Part shown: positions 49,801-62,300 of the stretch, one piece after another | Numbering within the stretch: the stretch's first letter is position 1 | How the letters are laid out: each line of letters begins with the position of its first letter | From: Guillardia theta CCMP2712 | Lineage: Eukaryota; Protista; Cryptophyta | Assembly (NCBI RefSeq): GCF_000315625.1 | Contig: NW_005434630.1 | Coordinates: forward strand, 124,001-188,000 | Direction: 5' to 3' | Length of the DNA: 64,000 bases | Notes under the pieces: model-generated | Databases searched by the model: none | Told to the model about the DNA's origin: nothing | What the model saw: only the letters and a program-made list of their open reading frames with translations | Made by a program: the position numbers and the translations under genes

Positions 49801-52800
49801 CTTGTATCCTGAGAAAGAGTTTGCAATCTCATTGGTTCCCAGCTTACCGCAGTACATGTTACCATTCGATCCAACTTCAATACAATTTGCATGGAGTGTG
49901 AAATCTGATTTGTATTCTGAAGTTTCGTCATCAAGTTGTGTCAATTATATTGAAGTATACAACATCTCTGTGAGCTTTTGCATGAAAGTTGACATTCAAT
50001 TCAGCTTCAATGGAGGTCAATCCTACGACAGTCAGCTCCTGGAGGTTCTTTTCTTCAACAGCGTGCAGCCAAACCAAATCTACACCCTTCCGCTCAGAGC
50101 AAGCTTAAACAATTTACCAAGGCCTGACGTGGATTTTAAGATCTTGATCAATTTGCTTTCAAGCATCACACAAACCTTGAGCGCACCTGTGATATTGTCA
50201 ATGTTCTCCCGAGCCGTTGGTTGTGACACGTCCATGATCTATTTCTGTGAGCCTGGACAGAAACTCTGCCAGGGGGAAGGTTGCTGTGATCCGTCGAAGA
50301 TCTACGTCTGCCCCATTGGTCCCTCGTGTGTGTTTGCTTATGAAGCCTACGGCACAAGCGCTGTGGTCTCCGGTAGCTTCTTGATAAAGAAGGACTATCA
50401 CGTGAGCTGCCAAGCACCCATCGTTCCCAATGACAGATATGCAAATGTAAGTATCTTAATTCATGGCTCCTGGGTAGTCAAGAACCTTGGACCATTCCAC
50501 TTCTTCAAACAGCCGCAAGTTTACAACGCTTACCCATCAGCTGTCAGCTTCGACATGCCTACAAATCTTGCTGTCAATGGTTCTTTCTTCATAAAGAACA
50601 ATAATCAGCAATGGCAAATTTTTTGTGTCTTTGACTTCAACAACAACACTCCAGCCACCAACAACTGGCTGGTCCCCCGGAAGTTCTCTAAGGCAACGTT
50701 TCTGAACTCAACAGCACTCACTTGTGACTCTCCGCCTATCACCGGTGGGAGGACCACAAACCCGATATACCCGGTAGCTCGAGTCGGCGTGATCATGGAC
50801 GGTATTTGTAATCCATCAATTGATAACTGTCAGACCATTCGTAATTTGGATCAGGCGCTGTGGACCAATGCTTTTATCATTTACATTCCTACACCTGAAA
50901 TCTACCAGATCATGCCAACAAATGCCTTCCCAGTCAGTCCTCTGGACAGAATATTGCAAATTACAATATATGGAGCGAACTTCTATCGATATTACACCAT
51001 CGGAACTCTCACAGACCAACCGTACAGCCAAATACGAGCAACATTTCAGAGATTGGAAAACACTTCCTTTTACAACTCAACAGTCAAATTCGGATGGACG
51101 TGTAGATTTGGCGACATTGTCCAAAACATTTCAAGCCTGATTCCAACATCTTCTTGCGGACTTGCAGGTGTAAATCCAGTCTCTTGTGGATACTTTGTTT
51201 GTTCGATCCCTTGGACTAATTACACTGAGACAACCCCAGTTCAATTCTCTGTGTCTTTCAATGATGTCTCAGGACAATATTCTCAAAGTACAATTTTCAT
51301 ATATGCTGCTCCAAACATTGAAAAACTGACACCATCGTACGGGGATTTGAAAGGAGGGTACCAGATAACAGTGGAAGGAAGTCAATTCTTGAACGTACCT
51401 TCTCTCAGGTGTAAGTTCTCGCTCTGCGTCTTTCGAGATGGCCAATGTGTTCCAACACGAGTCGACACATTCCCTCCAGTCATACTTGACGGCTTCTATT
51501 TGAACCACACGAAAGTTCAATGTCCTACTCCCGGAGGATTCTTTTGGAACTTGACGCTAAACCCTGAACAATGCAATTTTCCAAGTGCCGACCGCTGCTA
51601 TGGTCTGTTGAATGTGCAGATAAGCAACAATGCTCTGGAATACTCGAACATAACCCGCCAGTCCGTCTTCCTGTACAACACCAATGTCGCCTTCAACGGC
51701 TTCTTCCCGATAAGCGGACCACGCAGCGGAGGAACAAACATCACTGTATCTGGATCCAACTTTGACACCGTAAAGAACATTTCATGCAAGTTTGGATCTC
51801 AAACCTCAGTCAAGGCGTTGATCTTGACCGCTTCTACCATCGTTTGTCGCACACCAAACTTCACTTCTGCCATTCCATATGGCGGTGTCACCTTAGGGTT
51901 CTCCACGAACTTGATTTCATTCTGTTTTCTGTTCCCATTGACTGGATCAAACACACTGGTGTGCAATTTCACAACCTCTCTTTCAAAATCTGTCAAGTTC
52001 TATTATCATGACGATTACAAGATCTCCTCTATATTCCCTGTTGCAGGAGACTTTTCGGGAAACACAGTGGTCAATCTTACTGGAATCGGTTTCACCAATT
52101 ACAGTCAGCCGATATATTGTATTTTTGCAGTAGTGCACGTCCCTGCTGTGATTGACAGTTCTACCCGCGTACGTTGTTTGTCTCCAGCTCTGCCTCCTAA
52201 CCCGCGAGACTGCTCGCCATGTCCCTACTTCCTCGACAAGGGATACCCTCTGTACCTGTCGAGTAATTTATACGACAAGAGCGCTGGGATCAATTTCTCT
52301 TGGATTGCTACTCCAGAGATCTCAAGTTTAAGTCCACTCACAAGGAGCTACTATTTGACTCTGCCTGCAACCATGTATTCGCCGCTGAAGACGATGATTG
52401 GGGTTAGCAACAGTCTACCCCAAGGGAGTGTGAATGGAGGAACAATAATTACCGTGGTCGGAGTGAATTTCACAAGCTTGAGTAGACCAGACTTGTTCGA
52501 TCCAACCGATCCTCAGCTTCGATGTGACTTTCCTTTCAAAATACCGAGATCTACCATAGTAGAATATTCTTACAATTGTACAACAAAGAATTCCGTGAAA
52601 ACATCTAATGGGGTTCCTCAACCGTATTGTGTTGCGACTGATGGGAAAGAATACCAATGTAGATTCACCAATTCCTCGTGGTACAATGTAGCAGGTCAGA
52701 AGGTCACAGATTTGAAGTGCAGATTTGGTGAGAGCTCAACAAGAGCAACTGTCTTGGACACCAGTACAATCTTATGTGCTGCTCCGCCCCATCCCACCGG

Positions 52801-55800
52801 AACCATTGTACCACTCACGGTGACGATGAATGACATCGAATACTCCCAATTGAAACCAAACACCTACTTTCAGTACGTCAGTCAGCAACCACAAGTCGTG
52901 CAGTCATCTTTGACTAATGATGGCTCTCAGATCATAGTGCGCTTCAGTGAATCAACTAATTTGTTTGCAGACCCTTCGTTGTATCAGAAGGAATTCCCAT
53001 GCTCTCGGATCTTTGAAGCAATCACTGCAAACTCATTCGGAACTTCAAGCTCGTGTACTTGGGATGCTCTCAATCAGACGATCACTGTTCTGATTGGATC
53101 TAACTCAAACTTTCAATTGAATGATAATCTCGTGTTTTTGTCGACCTTGCAGAATCTAATGATCAATCCTTTTCCTACAGCAACTTGTCAATATTTCACC
53201 GTGTCAACAGCTTGTAGGACAAGAGAAAGCGTCAGCCTTCAAGCGAATGCAAGGCCTTGGTGTGGAAGTTGCCTGCCGCTCATCACGATCTTGACGCTGT
53301 CCATGACTCCAATACCGTTTGTTCAAGTCTCTGACCTTCTCAACCTCTCCGACAGCTCCTCTGGCGCTGTTATCGGGAGACCTTCCAACCCTCTCAACCC
53401 GACTCCTGTAATCAATGGGCCGAACATGATCAACGGCTGCTCCAAGTACTGTATCGGCGGGGTGAATGATGGCATTCAATGTTCCACGTCGTCAGACTGT
53501 CTTGACGCAGAGTGCAAAGCAATCCTAGCGAAGCTAGATGGAACAGCGTCGACCGGAGCAATCAAACGAAATTTCCCTGTAATACAATGGAGTCTAATTA
53601 GCAGTCATGTAAATCTTTCGGATTCAACCATGAAGTCAGATGTAAGCATGAACTTAAAGTCTTTGAATGGGAATCTGACAGTTTACATAACTCAAGACCT
53701 TCTTCCATATCAAAATATAGCTTCTGCGCAATTCTGTTTCTCTTTGTATCTAGAAAATTGGATTGGAGGAAAGGGGGGGACCGCAACTTGTAAAGCTGTT
53801 CAGTTCATCAATCAATCAATACCAACATTTAGTATCAACAGGCCTTCATCGAACTCTCGCTTAATCTCGGAGGGCTTTTCGATTTCCATCACCGGGTCCT
53901 TTGGATCGTGCGGAGTGCCTGTTTCTCTCAGCAATGTGAACTATGCCTGGAGCATCTCCCCCACCGATCTTATTGGCTTGGACTCCATACCCAAGACTGA
54001 TTCTGAGTTGGTGATCCCTCCGTTCTCTGCTGATCCAAGTAAGGATCAGAACAGTCTCACGTACACCATAACTGTTTCTATCAATGTACATGTGCAAAAG
54101 ATCATTACATTGCAATTTTCGGTTCAAGTTGAATTCAAAAAGTCTCCCCCACTTGCGATTCTCCTTGGAGGCAACAAGTCGATAGGTAATGGAGAGACCC
54201 TCGTTTTGAATGGTTCAACTTCCTACGATCCAGATCTTGCAGGGAACAACACACACTTGGTCTACTGCTGGAGCTCTTCACCTGCTGGAGGAGGTCTTGT
54301 CATCCCTGAAAACAACATCAGTGTCTGGATGGTGGAAGCGCTGCAAGCCTCCACAACTTACACCTTCACACTGACAGTCTATCGACCGCAGCCCGAGCCC
54401 TTCAACTGTTCAGAAGCAGCGTCTAGAGGATACGTGTCGTCCTCAGCATCAGCCAGCGTTTCAGTCATAGGATTGTCAAACGTCCCCCTTGTGCAAATCC
54501 AACCGCTCTCAAGTTACGTCTTGAACGTGAAGCAATACAACAGAATCTCTGCTCTTCTTCAGCAGCAAAGTTGCCAGATGAGTTCCCCGTCCAGTTGCAT
54601 TCTGCAATACTCATGGAGCGTGACGCCATTTGTGCCCATGACCTTCACTCTCACGAGGGGTTATGGTATTGTGTCGTTGACCTTCACTCCCGATACCTTC
54701 TCAACAGTCTCTTCTGCAACATACACCATTAGCATCAGCACAGTGTACGAGTTTCAACCCATCACTTCGACTATACAAATTACCACTAACGTGGGACCTT
54801 ACGGAGGAAAATTCGCCGTCCTTCCATCGAAAGGGGTTGCTTTTGCAACCTCTTTCTCACTCAAGGCTAGCCAGTGGAATGCTGAATACCTGCCACTTCA
54901 ATACTCGTTTTCTTATTCATGTTACAGTGCAGGGCTTTCACTCACTGTCGACCTCTCGGGATTTCAAGATTTGAACAGCTATTCGACTGACCTGCCGACG
55001 ACGAGCTTGCAGTCTGATTACAGCATGATGATATTGTTGCAGATACGAGATTCAATGGGAGCAATCGCACAAACTTCTTCCATTGCCATTGTGCAAAAGC
55101 CTTCTTCACTCGAGAATCTTGTCATCAACTTTCAGAGGAACATGACAGACAGGCTCTTGTTCAAGGATGTATACGGGGCCTCGCTGCAGCTTGCCAACTA
55201 CGGCATGCTTGTGGATCCCTTGTGCTCTAGCTCGAACTCGATGTGCGAGACTCTGATCGGAGCGTTGGCGCAATCGGCCTTCTCATTGATGGGTTACTCG
55301 TCGACCACCAGCGCTCGTAGGCTGCTGAGCATTCAGGAGACTCAAGCTCTCAACAGTCTAGACACAGCTCTAAACTCCTTGTCATTCCTGTCAGTAGCAG
55401 GCCCATCGAATCTGAATGCCAGCATCTGCGAAACTTCGATATCAATTCTGAAGACAATGCTAGAGAATCAACTGACTATTGGCGACACTTACGAAGCAAA
55501 GAGATCTCGGGCACAAAGACTTCTTCCGATGGTTGCGAACTGTCAAGAATATCTGAAGTCTGGAACGTTCTTTGATGACATGCTCTCAGTACTGAAATAC
55601 GTTGGTATCTTGGTAATGAAAGGTACAGTGGCAGGAGATTCACAGGCGTTCGATATCAACAATAAGACCGACACTTATCGACTGAGCGTCATGTACGGAC
55701 GTTACAGTACGACCATGATTGAAAGTCAGGTTGTGAACCTTACCTCTGGAACTCAACAGCTGCTTTCCTTCACTCTGCCTCCATTGAAAGATAGTGCTGT

Positions 55801-57541
55801 TTTCAAAACCAGCTCATTTGACTTGCAAACGGTACTCCTTGGCACAACCATTCCATATGGTGACGCTAATCTATACACTCGATTGCTGGAGTTCATAGCC
55901 TTGGATACCCTAGCGAGCACAGACACTACTCTACCTGGCCAAGTGGCGAATGTCACTCTTGATAACTTCACGGGCACTGTCTCAATGAAGCTATCGAACA
56001 TGTACACGCTGTGCACGAATAGTCAAGGTTGCAATCGGGATCCAAGCAATGGGGTGTCTTCGGGCATCGTGTGCGGTTACTACAATGAGAGCTTTCAACG
56101 GTGGATACAATACGGAGTGAATTATCAAGTGTATCCAGGAACGATCTCATGTCTGGGGAACAACTCACTGCATAGGTTTTACTCGCTGATCGCTGGGACT
56201 GTAGGTTGTGACTTGGTTGCTTCCGTGACTCCGAAGCCGTTGAACCCATGCTTATCCTGCAGTACCCTGCAGATCCCAAGGCAAGGAATCTGCGATTGGA
56301 TAGGGAGGGTGTGCTTTGGAACACTGGACAAATGTTACGTTTGCAATGGGCGCAACCGATCCTTCACCTCTTCTGTCTTCACCAACGAATCGGGTGTTTG
56401 CGATTACCTCGGACGAGTGTGTGCGGATGGTGAGGTGGTTTCAGTTTGCGGGTTGTGCGGGCCCCCCAGCCAGGCGAAGAGCGCAGTCTCTGACGTGGGG
56501 GTGTGCGACCATTGCGGGGTGCCCGAAGGAAAGAACAGCACCATGGACCAGTGCGGCGTCAACCCCTCCATCCCTACCCCCTACGTCTGCCACCCCAAGG
56601 GTATCACTGCCGCAGGGTCGGCGTGGAATGCAGCATGTACGGGATGTGACGGGGTCGTGCGGCCTGACTTGCCCTGGAACCCCCAGACGGGTGGAGGAGT
56701 GCAGTTGGACGTCTGTGGCGTCTGTGGGGGCAACGGCTCTACCTGTGCGGGTTGCGATGGCATTCCAAACTCGGGCAAGGTGTATGATATCTGCGGGATC
56801 TGCGGAGGAACCAACAGCCTCTGTAAGGGCTGCAACGGGAAGGCCTCGCGAGATCCGACCCAGTTCGACAACTGTCGGATCTGTGGTGGAAATTTCTTCG
56901 GAGCCTGCAAGTTTGACACCAGCCCGATTCAAAGGTGCGACACAAAGACCTTCCTTCCCAGGTCGGTCTGCCAGCAGGGCTGCGATGGAGTTGAGAACTC
57001 CGGCAAGACTTACAACAAATGTGGGAAGTGTGGAGCCCCTGACAGCGAGTGCTTGTTGTGCAACAGCACCGACACAAAGACAGGGTCCTGCCTTTCGATC
57101 TACACGTGGACCAATGTCACCAAATGCTACTTCGGCACGTATGTGGACAAGTGCGGGCGGTGTGGAGGAAACAGCACAGACTGTCAGGGGTGCGATGGCA
57201 TTCCTTTCTCGGGAAAAGTTCCAGACATCTGTGGAGTTTGCGATGGGCCGGGAACGAGCTGCATGGGCTGCGATGGAGTCCCGAACTCAGGCAAGGTGCT
57301 GGACTCCTGCGGCGTCTGCAACGGAAACAATGACAAGGACGCTTGCGGGGTGTGCTTGACCAAACTGGTGGGCCCGCCCAACGAAAGTTGCATGGGGTGC
57401 GATGGAAGTTTGTACAGCGGCAGGGCCGTGGACGCGTGTGGGGAGTGCGGAGGATCGAATCTCTGCATGTGGAGAGATGGGCAACTGCCAGCGAATGACC
57501 CCAGCGGACTTGCAGTGAACGTGACGGTCTTTGTAAACTAG
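40872..57541 (+). CDS. Giant secreted glycoprotein (~5,500 aa): tenascin-type EGF repeats, IPT/TIG repeats, REJ module, degenerate GPS/GAIN, C-terminal GCDG..DxCGVCGG repeats
   Basis: Several small EGF exons at 41100-42135, then one exon ~42192-57541. CSGHGxC..GxCxCD..WxGxDC repeats run to ~44130. SISPxxGPxxGGTxITVxG IPT repeats span 44150-52880. REJ-like motifs LDGTAS, LVLNGSTSYDPD and PYGGKFAVLPSKG..TSFSLKASQW lie at ~53400-55100. CGYYNESFQRW..ISC at ~56070-56190. Cys repeats 56200-57480. No C-terminal TM. Confidence 0.9.
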
Positions 57542-57797
57542 TGGGATGAAGGGCATGTAGAGGTAAATCAGATGGTGTTGAAGCCAAGTCTGCCTCCCTT
57601 TCCGTCTTCTTATCTGTCTGTCTGCCTATCGGTCTGTCTGTCTGTCTGTGTTGCTGACTGCTGTAATTACAATCAAAGCGTCTCACGCGTGCTACGCATA
57701 AGGGCTAGTCGTCAATAAATTTGCTAAGTTTAAGGGTGAACTTGTCGGAGAAGTGATAAATGCGATTGAAACGCATCCTCTCCTAGAGCCGTGAGAC

Positions 57798-59191
57798 TCA
57801 TCGGGTGAAGCCTCGAGCTCTGCCTACAGATTCGATTGCTGTCACCAAAGACGAGTAGGGCACCGATCCTGGTCTGCTTGCTGACTCGAAGCCGAAGAAA
57901 AGCTCATCAATCTGCCCACGCAAGTCATTTCATCTCAACTTCTTCGACTGACCTACTTGCTCCTCGTCCGCCGCAACTCCATACAGAGACAGAAATCTCT
58001 GAAAATCTTGTATGTTCATACGTCCTGACTGGTCAGTATCGAAAGAGGCTAAAGCCTGTGCGTAACTCCTGACTCCATGTTCATCAAGCTTGTCAGCTAT
58101 AAGGCAGAGCAGTCTGCGTTCGTCATCATCTCCTCAACTTCATACGATGTGATGAGACCTGTCTCTCAAGTCTGAGAACGCCTGGCCAACAAGCGGATCA
58201 TAGGTTTGATTGTTGTGCATCCGACGGCTGGGGTGAAGGAAGTCAGGGAGAAGCTTCGAGTCTCTCATGGTCTGGTTGATGGTGCGCTCAGAGGCTCCGC
58301 GAAACCTCGACCGGTCGATGCTGAAAGGTGTACATCGCTCCATGTGACGGGTGACTCTCTCTGCCACCCCTGCGCTCCTTCACCCCTCCATCCCCAAGCA
58401 CGGCCAACCCTCACCGTCCTCGTCCTTCGGGGGAGGCCATGGAAAGTCTCTGTAGCTGGGAAACGCCCCGAGCTGCTCCTTCCTCCATGGCACTGCGACC
58501 ATCGAGAATGAAAGAAGCCAAAGCACAACGATGGCCTACCCGAGCGGTTCTGAAAGTTTCCCTTCCAAAAGTTCTTGACAGGTTTTATGGGTTTGACCTG
58601 CTCAGGACTTCAGTCAAACTCCAACCTCACTCGTCGCTGCCTTGTCAGTCGCTCGCAGCTGTTTTGACCAGAATTTGCTCCACCACGCAAACTGCATTTC
58701 CTCCAAGTCTTCGACTGCCTCGACAACAACGCTGTTTGATCGGAGGCTGTCTATCTTTTCATCTGGCAAACGTCACAGTCATGGAGGGTTCTTTCTCTCT
58801 GCTACCTTGATCGACTGTCTGCGTCTCATCCTCTTCTATCACCTGATGCGTGTGAGGTTCAAAACATAGTTTGCGCCATGACACCTTGTCAACACCGAAG
58901 GGAGGGTTCAAGCGAGAGACTCTGGCAGCAAGCGCAGGACTCTCTCTTCCCACAGACTTCGCCTGTTGCAAACTCCTGCTGTCATGTTTCCCTGTCTATC
59001 TCGACACATCAGAAAGTAACACACTCAGAAACATTCTCTGCTCACATTGTGAGTCGCGGAACTCGACGAGAGAGTTTGCTGCGATTCAAGTGAGTCAGGC
59101 AGGGCAACAAGAGTCAAAGACATACTTCAATGTGCTTCTGAGCTGTCAGAGGGTTGCGAGACTGATTCCCCGCCCTCTTCCTTCTCTCCAT
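57798..59191 (-). CDS. Multi-exon protein with C-terminal EF-hand pair
   Basis: Exon SYAQALASFDTDQSGRMNIQDFQRFLSLYGVAADEEQ (~57957-58070) joins IDELFFGFES..VPYSSLVTAIE..FTR*. ATG at 59191. Confidence 0.65.
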
Positions 59192-59376
59192 CCCTCCTCA
59201 ACTCATGGCCCGATCGGAGCAGTAGGGCCTGCTGGTTGTCTCGCCTATGCCACCTGTGACTTCACTTGCTGTCCTGATATTTTGACTAATATCAGGCTGA
59301 GGTGAGCCTGGTGTGCGACAAACTGGTCAACCTACAAACTTCACGAAGATTTACATTTATCTTGCTTTATATCAAC

Positions 59377-62300
59377 TTAACTTGAATAGAAAAATTGTCG
59401 TTTACATGCTTCACTTGTCGCGTGCAGCTGTGTCTTCCATTCCCTCCTCTTCCATTTTCTGCTTCCTGTATGCCGCAATCTCATCTGCACAGGGATCAGC
59501 AGGAGAGAACAACAATCTTGCTGCGACCTTTCATATCGGCCACAGTTGCGTCCAAGCAACCCAACACCGTCTCACGGTCCCAGAGGTCGGGAGGAGGATC
59601 GAAGTTGTTCTTCTCCCACTTGTCCACCCCTCCCATGAACGTGTCGAGCCATTCGATATGGAGTGGGTTCAGCCGCTACCGGTCACTGTCATCGACTAGA
59701 AACAGACCCAACACTCGTACATGCTCTTCCCCAAAGAACTTGACAGGAATGCCTTCATGCTCCAAGAGATCGCACAACTGTTCCATGTCACACGCCCCGT
59801 CCTCACAAGTGACGTCATCAGACCTCTTGCACCTCGTCCTGGCACTCTTGCAAGCCCTCCATGTCATAGTTGTACACCTCCTCCTCTTGGGGATTCTGCG
59901 ATTGTTCAGAGGTCAGAGCAGGATCAGAAGCTGCTCACAGTGAAGTTGAGCGGAGCTGCCCTCAACTCTTCGATGGCAGCCTCTGTCGAGTTGTCAGACA
60001 ATGAAAGCCTTCATGTTGTCGCGTCACTTTTCTCTTCCGCCTCGGCGAAGTCAAACGGCGTTATGCACCAGAAGTGCTGGGCAATGGAGCAGAGCCGAAC
60101 GATTGGGGTTGAGGTGGACGCGTCGTCGTCAGCAGGGAGGAAACTTGCGGAGGCTGTCAAGACTGATCATCGAGACATGCAGATTCACCTGTGGATTTTT
60201 ACACCGGACGGTGTGACTTCAAACATTTCGATCTTAACCTCGAAGAGATCAGCAGCCGCCTGCAAGCACTTCACTGCTGAGCAAACGCCTCGCAGGATTC
60301 ACATGACCTGCACTTGACGTATGGTCACTCCATCCTCGATCCTCTCAATGACCCGTGTGAGCTCTTGAAACGTGTCTAGCCCCTGGCGCTTTGACTCTGT
60401 TTCCACATCGAGGTGCATCTGAACGAGCGAAGCAACTATCACTCCAGCCTTGAGCTCGTCCCATGCGCCCTGCCGTCAGAGTGTCGGGTTGGTACCAAAC
60501 AATAAGAATCGACCTCTTCAAGCTCAACTCCCCCTCCCAACTTCGCTCCCACGTCCTGTCATGCCCTCAGCAAAACCCTGGCTGGAACGTTGATGACAAT
60601 TACAAGGTAATCGGAGAAATTTGCTTGTTTCAGCTCTTGCTCAACCGGATCCAGCTCTCTCCTCTCGATCTTCCTTGTCAACCTTGACATCCACACATGC
60701 AAGTTTCCTCCTCCTTCGATTGTGCTCCACCAGCCTCCTTGGACTGTCTGATTGAATTTTCTCTCCTCTTCTGAGCTGTTTGCATACCTTGAAAGCAAAG
60801 AGTGAGAGGTAAAAAGCAGATATTGCTTCCCCACATTCGTTCTCTCCTAATGAGAAGGTGACGCTGATAAGGATCAAGGTCTTGTGCTGTTCGTATTTCA
60901 TCGACCGAAGTCTCGTTTCTCAGCCACCACATCACTCCACATCTCCATAGTTGCCTAGCCAATGCTCGGTAGAAGCTTGACCCAGTCCATTTGATGGAGG
61001 AGAACAGAGGTGAGGAGCAGGAGGAGGAGGAGAACTCCACTTCTCCATTGAGAGGACCAACCCACTCATGCCACAGGCCTGCAGGCCAATAAGGGATCAA
61101 GACCATATCAGGGATCAAGACAATATCACAGCTAAAGATGAAATAAAACCCCTCCACCTTCATCTTCACCTTTACCTCCATCTCTCCTTCTTTTCCTATT
61201 CCTTTTCCTTTTCCTCGACCGCCACTTCATCCTCCATCAATTCTTCCTCTCATCATCTCACCGGCATATCTCAGGTAATGATTCAACGGTTCCATTCTCT
61301 TGCAGTAGCTGGAATCCAGTCATCGCTCAGAAAGGAAGTGCTGCAAAACCTTTTCGTCTCCGAGCTGAAGAAGATGAGATCGATGTTATCGTACGTGCAA
61401 AGAGTCAATATGAAAAGAGAAACCTGATCTGTTGACGAAGATATCAGATATATACAACAGCATAAATCTGCTGCTCACCACGACATTTGAAATTCTGAAG
61501 TTGCCGGAAATAAATCTGCTCTTTGTCTCTCCTTGCAGTGTATTTGAAGTCTTTATACAATTCGTCCTCATTGACAAAGTCGATCGTATTCCTGCAATCC
61601 GATCCTTCGTTCCCCGTGCTCCTCAGATCAACTTTCTTATCGAGCTTGAAGAACTTCTCCTTTCCCTCTCTCTCCACTACGATCTTCGACACTCCTCTTC
61701 TCAAAGACACATTCATGATGAATTCTTCGAGACTGATCAGTCATGTTTCACAAAACTTACTCTTCACACCTCTAGCTCTCTTCATCACTGGGTGCTCTTG
61801 ACGATTCTCCTCTTCTTCTTCCAACGCAAGGCCGAGTTCTGTTGACAAGTCATTAACCATTGGACATGTCCGAAGTTCTCACGTCTCGTGAGCGTTGTCA
61901 AACGCGTCACACATTTTTTACTTTGCAAATCTGTCAAGTTGTACCATGGAAGGTGAAGGAACTGCGATGCGACAGTCATGGCGGATCAGTTGATGGAAGA
62001 CAGCAAGTGTAGGAGAGGAAGATTGGGAGATTACAGGGCCTCACCGGAGGCAGAGCGGCAGACGATAAAGGGAACAGTCGCCTGTTTTGCTCAAGAGCCT
62101 TTTGAACTTGTTGCACCTGTCACCATGTCATGTTTACAGCAGATCACAACAAGGTGACCGACATTCTCATGCATCACTATCCATCTCCACCCAATGGCCG
62201 CCTGATATCTCAGCTTATCAACTTCTGCTCACAAACATTCTCTATTGCAATCACCAACAAGTGTAAGAACCAAGAGACTTCCTTATCGTTTCTCATCGCG

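Noticed and set aside
56316-57686. Long alternative-frame and antisense ORFs over the Cys-repeat tail
   Set aside because: Shadow ORFs of GC-rich repetitive coding sequence.
59721-60317. 198-aa plus-strand ORF
   Set aside because: It is antisense to the spliced OTU-like exons, which carry the recognisable motifs.
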